DNA of 64,000 nt, taken from Felis catus (lineage: Eukaryota). The translations under genes were made by a program, and so were the position numbers. Under the pieces are notes generated by a model. That model saw only the letters and a list, made by a program, of their open reading frames with translations. It was not told the DNA's origin and searched no databases. This document shows positions 1 through 12,739 of the stretch, piece after piece (within the stretch, counting starts at the first letter, position 1; every line of letters begins with the position of its first letter). The DNA is taken from contig NC_058373.1 in assembly GCF_018350175.1 (NCBI RefSeq), positions 103,604,001 to 103,668,000 of the forward strand, read 5' to 3'.

Positions 1-164
1 AGAGAGAGAGAGAGAGAGAGAGAGAGAGCATGTGTGTGAGCAGGGAAGGGGCAGTGAGTGAGAAAGAGAGAATCCCAAGCATCTCTTAAACTCAAGAATG
101 TGTGATCATGACCTGAGCCGAAAGCAAGTCAGACCCTTAATAGACTGAGCCACCCAGGCACCCC
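1..164 (-). mobile_element. Can-SINE, cut by window edge, with (AG)n
   Basis: ends ...actgagccacccaggcacccc, the reverse complement of the tRNA-derived head. Confidence 0.9.
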
Positions 165-504
165 AATAGGTACATTTTAATATCATCTTTACATTTTTTA
201 CATCTGAGTGTAAAAAAACTTCATTATTTGACCCTGAATTAGAACAAAAACATTTTGAAAATGGCACAAACCATTAAAAACTCTAGTTGAATTATTCAGG
301 TGTAAACTCACCAGATTTTGAAACAGAAATACATGTTATAAGACTTTTCTGTGTTGGGACGAGACATTTCCTTTCTTAAATGCATATTGTGTTAATGGTT
401 TGAATTTTCCAGCTATATTATTTCAAATGTGTTTTCTTTCCTAGGCAGAAAAAATATGTAACATTTGGCCCACACATTTTCTTTATTGTTGTATCAAGGG
501 CCTT

Positions 505-1063
505 ATTGGAGGGAATATGAAAGATGGCTGTAATTCCTTTCCTATTCCCTTTGCTATGTGGAGTGTAACTCCACTTCCCCTGAATCTGGGCTGGCCTTCG
601 TAATTTGTCTGACCCATGGAATACAGCAAAAGTGACATTCTGGCCTTCTAAGGGCACAATATTAAACAAAACAGAACAAAATAAAAACTCTTGCAGCTTC
701 CATCCTGGCCTCTCTTAATTCTTTAGGAAACTTGAGCAGGTAATAAGGTCAACTGCCCTGAGACTGCAGGGCTGGAGAAGCTACATGTGACCCCTTAGAT
801 CAAAAGTTTCAGCTGAGCTCAGCATTCCGGCCATCCCCACCCAGGCATCAGACACGTAAGGAAGGTGTCTTGGGCCTTGCAGACCATCTATCGGCTGAAC
901 ACCCCCAAGCGACCTGACTCCGTGCCACACAAAACAGGAGAAACTTACAGCTGAGCCCTATCCACATTTCTGACTTACAAAACTGATTTATAATAAATGG
1001 TTGCTGTGATATGCCACTAAGTTTTAGGGTAGTTTTTAAACACAAAAGCAGGTAACTGGAACA
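505..1063 (+). mobile_element. MaLR LTR (MLT1G/H-like)
   Basis: cccctgaatctgggctggcctt, aataaatggttgctg, gccactaagttttagggtag and aactggaaca end are typical of MLT1. Confidence 0.7.
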
Positions 1064-1369
1064 CAGATTTTCAAAACACTTTATGAACAATTAATTTCTC
1101 GAATCTGGATGAAATTATATTTACAAATCAAAGTAGAATGGCTAAATGCGAGACTTGTAAAAATGTAACTAAAACAGGAAACAACCGATTTAGGGCAAAC
1201 ATTTATATGGCTCCTATGTTTCAGGTTCCTCATATGCATATAATCTGCAATTCCGAACGGCTGTGGTTTCGGCTTTTTTATCATTCTCATTTTTACAAAT
1301 ACTTTCTTTTTCTTTATCAAAGTAATACAATGTACATGGCAAAATGTATAATAGAACAGTGCAACGTAT

Positions 1370-1582
1370 GGGGCGCCTGGGTGGCTCAGTGGGTTAAGCC
1401 CCGACTTCAGCTGAGGTTATGATCGCGTGATTCATGAGTTCAAGCCCCACATCAGGCTCTGACAGCTCAGAGCTTGGAGCCTGCTTTAGATTCTGTGTCT
1501 CCCTCTCTCTGCCCCTGCCCAGCTTGTGCTCTGTCTTTCTCTCTCTCAAAAATAAACATTAGAAAAAGAAAAGAAAAGAAAA
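1370..1582 (+). mobile_element. Can-SINE
   Basis: ggggcgcctgggtggctcag head, (CT)n, A tail; TSD agaacagtgcaac. Confidence 0.92.
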
Positions 1583-2394
1583 AGAACAGTGCAACTTGTA
1601 ACGAAAGCAAAATATATAATACACAGGACAACTTCTAATGAAAGAAATATCTCACATCCTACTTCTTCCCCTCCCACAAGACTCTGTTTTCAGAGGCAAT
1701 CACTTTTAACCTTTTCTGGTTTTGGTCCTTCTCATGACTACTTCCCTAAATAATAGGCCTGAAAAGCTACCTGTTGATTTATCAATTTAAGACATTGTCT
1801 CTTGATGAATGAGCATAGACAGACAGAATGAGGGTTTGGTTCATTGCTACAATCCTCGCCTCCTTATCTAACTGCTGCCTTTTTTCCTTTAAATAACATT
1901 CTTTTTTTAGTGACATTCTTAGAGTTTTGTTTAAAGAAGTTGGTTCATTGGAAGTTTGAAGAACACTGATAGACATCACGCTATAAAACCAAGTATTTAT
2001 TTTTGCCCAAGGTCTGGAGCATAATTCACAAAATTTATGTTCAAAAGTAAATTGGTTTCAAGAGAGAGTTTACTATGCCATTACATTAGACTACCAGAAG
2101 GGATTTTGAAAGAAAATTTACTTTCATGCTGAAATCTATTTTTCTTGAGTATAAAACACCTCCGTGGAATCCCTTATATTACACACAACTAAAAAGATGC
2201 AGGAAAAGTCACAAGTTACCACATGCTGACTCAGAGTAATATTCTGGTTAGCATTCATTACAAAACTGTCTGCTAGGTAACTGCTCCACAATCTCCCTTC
2301 CTTCCTGTTTTTTCATTGTGAGATGTATTACCTATCGGAGAGTGTGTAAAACATTTGTAAACAATTTAAAGAATAATTAAAAAGAAGATGCCTA

Positions 2395-2612
2395 GGGTGC
2401 CTGGGTGACTCAGTCATTTAAGCGTTTGACTCTTGATCTCAGCTCAGGTCACCATCTGACAGTTCATGAGTTCGAGCCCTCCATTGGGCTTCCTGCTCAC
2501 AGCACAGATGCTGCTTGGGACTCTCTTTTTCCCTCTCTCTGCCCCTCCCCTGCTCGTGCTCCCTCTCTCTCAAAATAAATAAATAAACTTTAAAAAAATT
2601 AAGTAAAGAAAA
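2395..2612 (+). mobile_element. Can-SINE (older)
   Basis: diverged head, CT-rich segment, aataaa tail. Confidence 0.88.
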
Positions 2613-2619
2613 TACCCAG

Positions 2620-3780
2620 GAAGCCACTACTCAAGCCTAGAACAGAAGCACTGACAGACAGTAAAGCCCATATGTACCCCCCAGTCACGGCCCCCACCAA
2701 CCCCCCAGAGGTAACTACCATTATCCCAACATTGGTGACAATGATTTTTTATTTCCTTTATGGTTGAAAGCTTTACAGGTAGATCGCCAAACAATATTGC
2801 TTAGTTTCACTATCTTTCAACTTTAAATAGCTAGAAACATTGTATCTGTACCATTTTATAACTGTCTCTTTTGGTACTTTTTTTTTTTAATTTTTTTTCA
2901 ACTTTTTTTTATTTATTTTTGGGACAGAGAGAGACAGAGCATGAACGGGGGAGGGGCAGAGAGAGAGGGAGACACAGAATCGGAAACAGGCTCCAGGCTC
3001 TGAGCCATCAGCCCAGAGCCTGACGCGGGGCTCGAACTCTTGGACCGTGAGATCGTGACCTGGCTGGAGTCGGACGCTTAACCGACTGCGCCACCCAGGC
3101 GCCCCTCTTTCAGTACTTTTTATGAGAGGCACCCACACTTTTCATGGTGGTTAACTGTAGTTTGTTCATTCTCTTTAATGTATAGCATCTTATGGTATAA
3201 ATATACCAGGATTTATTTCTCTATGCCATTGTTGAGGGGTGTTTGGGATTGTTCCTATTTGGGGGCTTTTATGAACAATAACGCTAAGAACGTTTTTCGT
3301 ATCTGTCTCTGGCTTCTCTAGGTACAAGTGTGGCATGGGATTGCTAGGATACAAGCTCTGCATATCTTTGTCTTCACTAGAAAAACATGTGTTCTCCAAG
3401 GTGGTTGTACCAATTCACATTCCTGTTAGCATGTCCATTGTTCTACACAGTTGCTGGCATTAGATGCAGTCAGATTTTTGTTTTTGCTACCCTGGTAGGA
3501 GTGTAGTATCCCACTGTGGTTTTATTTTGCATTTCTCTGTTTACTAATGAAGTTGAACACATTTTGGGACATTCACTGGCAATTCTAGGTCAAATTATAT
3601 GAATTTTGTATAGATTTTTGACACATGTAGCTCAGTTGCCCTCTAAAATGTTGTACCAAATTACTTTATCACTAATGCTCTATAGATACTAAATATCTTC
3701 AACAATTGGAAAGATTGAAAATGGCTTTTTTGTTTTTATTTCAAATATGTGTGGCTACTAGTACATTTCAGTGTTTAAAA
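2620..3780 (-). mobile_element. ancient L1 (L1M-type) 3' fragments, interrupted by a SINE
   Basis: gaggtaactaccatt, ccaaggtggttgtaccaattcacattcc, gtggttttattttgcatttctct motifs. Confidence 0.6.
2878..3105 (-). mobile_element. young SINEC_Fc
   Basis: near-consensus felid SINE; imperfect TSD ctcttt..gtactttt. Confidence 0.95.
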
Positions 3781-3968
3781 TTATTTTTCTAAGGCCCTTT
3801 ACAGAGACATTTGTGCCTTCCTATACTGTCCTATTGTATATGATGTATTGGGTGGTTTTCCAGGTACCTAATTTCTAATCTAAGGTTCTGAATCTAAAAT
3901 TTCATGGGTCTTAAAAGAGTAAGACACATTTGACTTTATTTTAAGTGGGGCTTATTTGGGATAATGAC

Positions 3969-4314
3969 TTTTTTTTTTTTAAGATTTTATTTTTGGGACG
4001 CCTGGGTGGCGCAGTCGGTTAAGCGTCCGACTTCAGCCAGGTCACGATCTCGCGGTCCGTGAGTTCGAGCCCTGCGTTGGGCTCTGGGCTGACGGCTCGG
4101 AGCCTGGAGCCTGTTTCCGATTCTGTGTCTCCCTCTCTCTCTGCCCCTCCCCCGTTCATGCTCTGTCTCTCTCTGTCCCAAAAATAAATAAACGTTGAAA
4201 AAAAAAAAGATTTTATTTTTAAGTAATCTCTACAGCCAACATGGGGCTTGAACTCACAACCCTGACTGAGTTCAAGAGTCACATATTCCACTGACTGAGC
4301 CAGCCAGGTGCCCC
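3969..4314 (-). mobile_element. short older Can-SINE, host of a nested insertion
   Basis: ttttaagtaatctctacagccaacatggggcttgaactc...ccaggtgcccc; TSD g.gat.atgactt. Confidence 0.85.
3995..4206 (+). mobile_element. young SINEC_Fc nested in the short SINE
   Basis: TSD aagattttattttt at 3981-3994 and 4207-4220. Confidence 0.95.
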
Positions 4315-4409
4315 AGAGATTATGACTTCTAAATGACAATTTTTGAAGGAGGATTTCAGTGCATTAATGTCTATGAGGCTGCTATAAATATTCAGAAAGA
4401 ATACAACAA

Positions 4410-5275
4410 AGGGGAGTGACTCCTCCTTCCAGCGAGATGGGAGTAGACACGCTTTTCCCTATTTCTCCTGCTAAGTACAACTAAACATTGTGTGTAAGAC
4501 AAAGATAAGAAGACTGAAATGGCACACCCGCGTGGCTCAGCCGGTTAGGCGTTCGACTCGATTTGGGTTCAGGTCATGATCCCACAGTTCCTGAGATGGA
4601 ACCCCATATCAGGCTGTGCACTGACAGCATGGAGCCTACTTGGGATTCTCTCTCTCCCTCTCTCTGCCCCTCCCCTGCTCATGCTCGCTCGCTCTCTCAA
4701 AATAAATAAACTTAAAACAAAAAAAAAAAAAGACTGAAAGGTAGAAAGAAGAAGGCAGACCAGATAGGAGCCTCAAAAGTTGAATCCACGGTAGCGGATT
4801 CCCTGGGTTTTCTTTTTGCCTTGTGGACCCTGATTGGATGCTAGAAAAGTAGGCAACCAGAGACAGCAATGGACACAGAACAAAAAAGTCCCCCCAGCAA
4901 AATCCTGCTCTCTCTGGTCCAAAGACAGGGAAGGGGTCAGGACAGATACATTTAGAAAGTGACATCTCTGCTGTAGCCAAAAGCCAAAGAAAAATCTGTG
5001 GCCCCGGCCCCTGACCATTCTAGCGAAGGCTGAGTGGGGACCTAAACTTCTACCCTCTCCAGGTGCCCCAAAACACCCACCAGGGTGATGATGTTGGAGA
5101 AGGTCGAGGAAGGAGCCAGAGCCTTCATCCTGGTATCAATATAGATGTTCCTACTCCCCATCCAGCTAGGGAAGTTTTCAATGGAGACATAATGGGGAGC
5201 TGGAAAGCCCACGTCTGCTCAACTGTATGGACGAGCCACTCTCTTAGGTGTCAATAGAGGCTAGATGCTGGCCCT
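4410..5275 (+). mobile_element. ancient L1 5'-end fragment (L1MC/L1MD-like), interrupted by a SINE
   Basis: cttccagcgagatgggagtagacacgcttttccctatt...gctaagtacaactaaa resembles L1M 5' UTR starts. Confidence 0.55.
4521..4730 (+). mobile_element. Can-SINE
   Basis: head, CT tract, A tail; TSD aagactgaaa. Confidence 0.9.
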
Positions 5276-5459
5276 AAGTGCCAGGGAGACTTTGCTTTCC
5301 CCGGGGACACGAATGATCTTATTTCCCTTTTGTTTTGCTTTCAAGACTCCCAGAGGCAAATGTGGTATACCATAGGCCCACACATCCACGCATTTACTTT
5401 CCTTCAGTCTGATGTTCTAACTCACATGTTCCCTGTCCTTGAATTTGCATTACGCATGC

Positions 5460-5926
5460 TGTGATGTTCTTTGGATGAGTCAGTTTGGCCTGGCTGCATT
5501 CTTCAGTGTTTCAATCAAACACTAATCTAGGTGCTCTTGTGAAAATATTTTGTGGCTATGATTAAAGTCTGTGATCAGTTGACTTTAAGACAGGGAGATT
5601 ATCCTAAATAATCTGGGTAGACACGATTCAATCAGTTGAAAGTCCTTAAGAGCGGAGCTGAGGATTCCCTGATGAAGAAATTCCACCTGTGGACAGCAGC
5701 ACCCACCACCTCCCTCCCCCCTCAACTCTCATCCCCATGCCCAAGGCTTCCAGCCTGCCCTTTCTGGGAAAGGGATTTCCTTTCCAGCCTGCCCTTTCTG
5801 CTCTGGGGATTTCATACTTGCCTAGCCAGCCTCCATAATCATGAGCGATCATTTCTTGCAATATATCTCTAACACTCATATATCGCCTACTACTTTTGTT
5901 TCTCTCGCCGAGTCTTAAGTGGTACA
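5460..5926 (+). mobile_element. ERVL LTR (MLT2-like)
   Basis: tcaaacactaatctaggtg, cagttgactttaag, gagattatcct..ataatctgggt, aatcagttgaa; TG...CA ends. Confidence 0.75.
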
Positions 5927-6415
5927 CATGTGTTTTTCATTTACACTATTTATTACAGTAGCTGTCTCTAACTGTTTGTGGAGTGAACCAGAGCATACAT
6001 CATAGGTATGGGTTCCTTATATATTTTACTAGTCTCCCCCAAGGATCAAGCTCAATTGTCATGTGTTCTCTTAACTTCCCTCCTAACTCTAATATTTTCT
6101 GTCTTCATCCCTTCTCTTCTTTCGTCCTTGGTTCCATCTCCTTCTGCCTCCTGTACATCTTTTCTTCATCACTATCTCTCTCCAAATACTCCCTTGGATT
6201 ACACAAAACTCATTTGACATTTCAATCCCTATGAATTCGGATATTACTTCTCTCTTTCCCTTCACTGTCAAACTTCTTACAAATGGATTCTATTTTCTCT
6301 TCTTCCATTTCCTCATTTCTTACCCCCTACGGCCTGATTTTCATACCTACTACTCTACGGAAACTGACCCCTTGAACTTTCAAAGTTCAAATACTTCCAA
6401 TTCACCAAATCCAAC

Positions 6416-6910
6416 TATAGCAGGACCTGCTAGTTGCTTTCCAATATCCATTCTCCCTTTTCTTCCTTGGCAGTAGAATCCTGAAAAGCCATCTAGGCGA
6501 AAAGGTACATTACTCAACTGCCTTTGGCCCTAGGAGTGGCCTGTTACTCAGCTGTGGCCAATGAGATGTAGGATAATTGTGGAATGGCATTTCCATAACA
6601 TTCTTTAAAAGGATGGGGTATTGCCATCTCTTGCCATGTTTTCTCTTTCTTCCTGAAATACAGATGAAATGTCTGGAGCATTAGCATCCATCATGGGTCA
6701 AGAGATGACTTTGAGGACATATGTTGAGTAGGATGTGGCAAAGAGATATAAGGACCTCAATTTTTCCCTTAATGACCCGAGAGAGTTGCCAAATGAATGC
6801 TGGACTGACTTCCTTCAGACCTCTATATAAGAAAATAGATGTTTGCATGTTTAAGACACTGTATCAGAGTCTCTGTTATCAGCAGCTAAATGCAATCCCT
6901 AATGGATACA
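6416..6910 (+). mobile_element. MaLR LTR (MLT1J/K-like)
   Basis: tggccaatgagatgta; tctgttatcagcagctaaatgcaatccctaatggataca terminus. Confidence 0.65.
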
Positions 6911-7454
6911 CCAGTGGCCCATCATCGTTCATTTCTCCATCCATTACACAAATATTTGTTAAGTACTATTTTGTGCCAGGCACCATTTAAGGCAAATAAG
7001 AAAAGCAAAGTCTGCCAGGTTTGAAGTGTTTAGATATATAGAGAAACCACAGTGCAGCTTTTTTTTTTTTTTTTTTTTTTTTTTAGTAAGCAGTAGATTA
7101 AAGGAAAGGAGGGTGGTATGTAGTTTTGGGATTTATTAGCCTATAGTTTAGGCTAATAATTTGAAGTCACTACTTAACATTTCAATATAATTATTTTGGG
7201 AAAGAAGGCAGAAAGAGAGAAAAGAAGTCTACAGCTAAGCCCTGGCACACTCTAGTATTTGGAGGTCTGACAGCAGCCGAGCCGGGGTGGGGGCGGGGGG
7301 TGGGAGGCCAGTGGTAAAAGGAGAGCCAAAGCAGTGTGCTATCAGGGAAGCCTAGAGGAGAAAGTGCCGGAGGGGGCGGGGGAGGCAAGAGTCAGCAGCA
7401 CTCTTCCTGAAAGCAGGGTCAGGTACAGACAGAGAACTAGCTGTACCTCATCCT

Positions 7455-7625
7455 CATAAGAGATTAACTGTGAAGCTAACGAAACTTAAGTTTCACGGCG
7501 TGTCACTAGCACAGGCTCCTTCCGATGCCTGTACCTAACTTTGTATCTGCAGTTTTGTATTCCTTTGCTTAGACGATTCTCCAAATTGTATGTCCTCAAG
7601 CCCCATAAAACCTAGATGTGGTCCT
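7455..7625. mobile_element. MER53-like hAT DNA transposon fossil
   Basis: gtgaagctaacgaaacttaag...ttttgtattc...caaattgtat...cccataaaacctagat. Confidence 0.6.
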
Positions 7626-8039
7626 CTTCAGCATCCTTCACCTCTCTGTGATTACCTGACCACATATCCTTCACGGACATCATTTCTTCCTTAGCTTCTC
7701 GGGACAGGTTACCCTCTGCCACTGTTCTCTCCTCCTCTCCTGCTAATTATTAGGCTAAATAATTGAAGACGTGGGCTAATGCTTGACCTTAACCTTGTCC
7801 TCACTACACTGTGCCTCTGTGAACTGATTCATCCTTCTCATCCCTGCTTGAGAACTCCTTCCAGCACGGATCTTTCCTTCCCAAGCATGGGCAAAGAATT
7901 AGGCCCTTTTGCAAGTAATGTGCCGTGATAAAAATGTATCTCTTTATAAAGCTCACGAGCAAAAGATGAAATGGACATGCTGAGTTCGGTCAGTATTAAT
8001 CGTTGGCATGCTCTTTCAGAAAAGAAGCAGAAAGCAACC

Positions 8040-8214
8040 TGTGTCAGATAGACGGAGGTCAGACTTTTGTAACCAAACCTGCAAAGGCTCATCCATCACT
8101 TCTTGCCTTTTTCTGCTGATAGATCTGGCCCCCACACAAGGGACAGGGTTGCACGAGGGAGTGAATACCAGCAGCCGGGGATCCCTGGGAGCTATTTTAG
8201 GAGCTGCCTACCAC
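8040..8214 (-). mobile_element. MLT1F-like LTR fragment
   Basis: gtgaataccagcagccggggatccctgggagctattttaggagctgcctaccaca. Confidence 0.6.
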
Positions 8215-8789
8215 AGGGCCCCTGCCCCCCAGCAACCCCCAACATGGCTGAGAAAGCATTATGTAAGTACGTGAGAAAGACTAAGGTATTGCTGGTACAA
8301 TTGCCAATTCATGTAGGTGTATGTTACTCTACAGTCCAGACGCTGTGTTCCTGGCAGGTTACCCGTGACACGTTTTAGATCGTCGCTAATCTTTGGCGTA
8401 CTTTGAGATGCATTCCACAGAGGATGCCCTCCCCTCCTCCCACTCCAGAATAATTGCTATAATAATGTAAAATGTAAGCTTAAAAATCTCACTAAGAGCC
8501 GTGCTATGTGGGTTGTTCAATAGCCCCGTTCTTTTTTTTTTTTTTTTTTTTTTTTTGCAGTGCAGCTAATCGTGAAGCACCGTGTCTCCATTTCATTTGC
8601 CATGCTGTGGTCAAACTCCACCAAAATACCCCTCTTCGTTAAAGAAGGAGGCAACTTTAGCAGGACAGGAGTTCTTGGGATTAACGCAGAAACTCAAGTT
8701 TCTCAACTCATCGTTGAGTTTTCCTCATGCTGTATAAGAAAAAAAAAAAAAGACCAACTAGCTTATTTTAATCTCTCTGAAACTAACTC

Positions 8790-9800
8790 AGCGATTCAAC
8801 AATTCGCACACGGGCTGGGAACTAATCGCCGCCAACACGCGACCGACGTCCGTATTGGCCCGCGTGGCGCCCACCGTACGCACCCCTCCCCTGGTTCCCG
8901 CCCAGTTGAAGGCTGAGGCTGGCGATCACGGCCCCGGCGTGTAGTTCCACCGCCACACCAGCGGGGGCAGAGGCGGTCCCGGCGCCGCCCGGTTTGCGAC
9001 CCTGCTCCGTCTCCGTCAGACCCGACCAAGTCAGCGTCAGCGGGGGGAGGCCGTGGACACGGCAGCCCCACGCCCGGGCTTGCTTTCTCGAGAGGAGGCT
9101 CGTGCTTGTGGTGGGCGTCGGTAAAGCACCAGATAACCCCGCGGATTCCCACCGCCTGGCGCGCTACCGCAAAACCCCCGAGCCGCTCGCGCCAGGCCGG
9201 CCGCGTTCTCTTCCCCCCCCCCCCCCCCCCCCCGCTGCCGGGCCGAGGAAGGTGCGCTCCGGTCGGTCCGGGGCCCGACCCGGAAGCCGCCGCGCGGGCT
9301 GCGCTCGCCTCTCGCCGGGGAAACTCCGGGCCACCCGAGTCCTTGGGCCCGCCGCGGCCTCCTTCCCCGGGCCCCACGGGCCCATGGGTCTCCATGACGA
9401 CGGCAGGGGCCCGGCCGGGGGGCGGGCAGCCCGGGTGGGGCCGCGGCGCTCCGGGGGCCTCCGCGGCGGCCTGGCCGTGTTCGCCGCCGTGGCCGCCGTG
9501 TTCACCCTCACGCTGCCCCCCTCGGTGCCGGGGGGAGACTCGGGTAAAGTATCTCAGGGCCGCCCTCCTGCCCCTCTCCCTCGTCGGTCGGCTCGCGCCC
9601 TCCATCGCCACCCTCCCCGTCCCCCCCTGGCCCAGTGCAGCGTTTTGCGTCCCTGAACCGGCTTGTGATTCCATTCCTGTAACCGGGTTCTGTAGTTCTC
9701 AGGCTTTGGAGAAGGGGCTTGTTGGTTTCGCCCGGTGGGACTTAGCGACTTCTCCGCTTGCCCGGGGTCCATTTTTCGGGACCCGAGTTTTCGTTGTCCA
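8790..9800. promoter_or_regulatory. TMEM260: CpG island / TMEM260 promoter and 5' UTR
   Basis: Abrupt GC- and CpG-rich block around exon 1; ATTGG (CCAAT) near 8854, CCCGCCC near 8897, CCGGAAG (ETS) near 9280, C21 tract 9213-9233; no obvious TATA box. Confidence 0.9.
9384..9543 (+). CDS. TMEM260: TMEM260 coding exon 1 (MGLHDDGRG...[10 protein letters not shown], includes D52)
   Basis: ATG at 9384 in CpG island; hydrophobic helix then GGDS motif; donor G|GTAAAG at 9544; phase 1. Confidence 0.95.
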
Positions 9801-10357
9801 CTCCTTTTCAGCCCCCCCAAATACTACTTACTGAGTCCTTACCGTGTTCCAGACAAAAGGAATAACAGTGGTGGGAACCAAGTATCGTGGAGAATATTCC
9901 AGTGCGGGTCGAGACCGTACACCAACTACTACATAAACAGTGATAAGTTGAGTAGTGATGAGTGGAGGGAGTCGGAGGGAGACGGGATGGAGAGTGGGGC
10001 TCCACCAGAAAGGCTAGCCAGGAAAGGCCTCTGAGCAGCATATTGTAGTTGAAACCTGGGTGTTTTAAAGGAACCGGCCATGCAGGAAATTTGAGGGCGA
10101 ACACTTGAAAAAGTGGAAGCTAGGTGTGGCTTAAACCAAGCTGATTTATTAAAAAGAAAAGCAGGGACCATTTAAATGACACGAGCAATTGTTGTGTTTG
10201 TTATAGGATTGTCCTATATTTGGGATGAGGAACAAGACCCAGGTTCCGTTTTTGATTTTGTCTTGTTGCCAAATTAAATGACCATCCAGTAATGCCTAAT
10301 TTTGTCAGAATGGTGTTGTAACTTCAGGTAGTGAATCTATAGGTCGAAAACATGGAG

Positions 10358-10812
10358 TGTACTACTTATCTTTTGCTGCCTGACAAGATAGCCCCAAATT
10401 TAGTGGCTTAAAACAAATGTTTATGATCTCACTTTTTCTGTGGATCAGGAAACCGGGGGCAGTTTAGTTGGGTGCTCTTACTCAGGACGGGGTTGTTGTC
10501 ATGGTGTGGACGAGAGCTGTCGTCTTCTCGAGGGTCATCTTGGGGAGAGGAACCGCTTGTAACCTCAATCTAGTTCTTTGCCAAGTGGGTCTCTCGGGAA
10601 GCCGACCCTTGTGACCAGAGAGATGGCACCTTCGTCGGACACGTCGGTCATTTTGTAAACCTAGTCTTGGAAGTGATTGATGCAGGACTGCCCTATTTTA
10701 TTCCTGGAAGTTAGTCGATAAATCCAACCCACACTCAAGGGGGAGAGGATTATATAGTGAGAACCCCAGGAGTTGGGGATCACTGGGGGCCGTCTTCAGG
10801 GCTGTCTGCCAC
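10358..10812 (-). mobile_element. MaLR LTR (MLT1F-like)
   Basis: ccccaaatttagtggcttaaaacaa...ggggatcactgggggccgtctt...ctgccaca. Confidence 0.75.
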
Positions 10813-10820
10813 ATTGAAGA

Positions 10821-10851
<31 letters not shown>

Positions 10852-10975
10852 CATTACCTTTAATCTTTCTTTCAAGTCCTGTTGAACAAATAGGAGCAGT
10901 ATCCAAGGTTTACATTAAATAATAGAAATAACTATAGTTGTGAGAGGTGGTTTTTTTTTAAGGTGTGAGGGTTTT

Positions 10976-11650
10976 TTTTATTTTTAAAATTTAAATCCCA
11001 GTTAATTAACATAATGATGGCAGGAATAGAATTTAGTGATTCATCACTTACATATGACACCCAGTGCTCATCCCAACAAGTGCCCTCCTTAATGCCCATC
11101 AGCCATTTAGTCAAACCCCCCACCAGCAACCCTCAGTTTGTTCTCTGTATTTGTCTCCTATGGTTTGTATCCCTCTCTCTCTTTTTTTTTTTTTATCTTA
11201 TTTTTGCTTCCCTTCCCCTTTGTTCACATATTTTGTTTCTTAAATTCCACATATGAGTGAAATCATATGGCATTTGTCTTTCTCTGACTTATTTCACTTA
11301 GCATAATACACTCTAGTTCCATCCACGTTGTTGCAAAGGGCAAGGTTTCATTCTTTTTCATCGCTGAGTAGTATTCCATTGTGTGTGCGCGTGTGTGTAT
11401 CACATCTTCCTTATCCATTCATCAGTAGATGGACATTGGGCCCTTTCCATGATTTGGCTAGTGTCGATAATGCCGCTATAAACTTTGGGGTGCCTGTGCC
11501 CCTTTGAATTAGCATTTTTGTATCCTTTGGATAAATACCTGGTAGTGCCATTGCTGGGTTGTAGGGTAGTTCTATTTGTAGTTTTTTGAGGAACCTCCAT
11601 ACTGTTTTCCTGAGTGGCTCTACCAGTTTGCATTCCCACCAGCAGTGCAA
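10976..11650 (-). mobile_element. 5'-truncated carnivore L1 (ORF2 C-terminus and 3' UTR)
   Basis: [23 protein letters not shown] peptide; TSD gtgagggtttt at 10965-10975 and 11651-11661. Confidence 0.93.
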
Positions 11651-11774
11651 GTGAGGGTTTTGACAATGGAGAGCATTACTCAAAGATTGAGTAGTTCTGT
11701 ACCTTAAAAAAAAAGAAAAAAACATTGCAGGTTACCACGGTTCTTTGAGCCTGCAGTATTGGGGGGATGAATAA

Positions 11775-12010
11775 AAACAACTCACACTTACTGAGATCTT
11801 ACTGTATGCCAGGCACTGTTCCAAGTGCTTTACATGGATTGTCATTTTAATTCAGTTACTATCCCTATGAGGTAGGCACTACCAATATCTTTCTTTGATA
11901 GCTGACAAAACTGAGGCCAACCTGTGTCCAGAGTCACACAGCTAGAAAGTAGGGGCAGTCGAGGAAGGAACTCCAGTAGATTGTCTTAGAACATGCTCTC
12001 TTAACTTCTG
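11775..12010 (-). mobile_element. MIR
   Basis: tactgtatgccaggcactgttccaagtgctttacatg...aaactgaggc...gtcacacagctagaaagt. Confidence 0.75.
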
Positions 12011-12739
12011 CTCTAAGTTCGTAGTTAAACCCGTCATTACGTATATACTGATATTTAAAATCTGTGATTGGTATCTTTATTCATATTGTCTTTTACTTTT
12101 TCCCCAGTAGAATAAAGTTATTTATTCAGATTGAGTTACCAGACTTTTTAGGTGTTCTGATTTAATTTGATGCTAAATAGTGGTTGCTTCTAATATTTTG
12201 GGGTTCATTGTTGGAAATGATAAATAAACTTTTCCAGGTATTGCCAGTGAATTTGTATAATCATGTCTTTGACAATTTTGTTTATATGATGGAAGTACTG
12301 TCCTCCTTGAATGTTTCTGTTTATGAAATATATTTTTTATCAATAAATGGAACACATCTCAAAACCAATATAAAGTATGTATTTTTCTTCCTGATAAGTC
12401 TTAAATTATACTCCATAAATCTATCACATTGTGTGGCCTTGCCAAAATTATTTTTTTGCACTACTTGATACACGTAGTTGATTTATGGGCAGGAAATACT
12501 CATCCTTTGGAGGAGAGTGTGGGAATCTAGCCTTCACTTCTCTTGTTATTCTTGGGAAAAATAAATCAGCTTATTTATGTGTTTATATATTTTAAGGATG
12601 CTGTCTTTAATAGACGTGATAGATGAAAATATAACTGTAATTAATACAAAAAGTATAATACAGAGGGAGCTAGTTTTTGTAAAGGTTATGCATCTGCTAA
12701 CAGTTCTGAGCTTGCCACCCATTTGTGTCTCAGACAGAA

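Noticed and set aside
1370..1450. tRNA-like A/B-box sequences
   Set aside because: Heads of tRNA-derived Can-SINEs followed by a CT tract and A tail, not tRNA genes.
8796..9674. 292-aa minus-strand ORF and other long overlapping ORFs over the CpG island
   Set aside because: Low-complexity G/R/P/A composition expected from stop-poor GC-rich DNA. Only 9384-9543 on + matches a recognisable protein.
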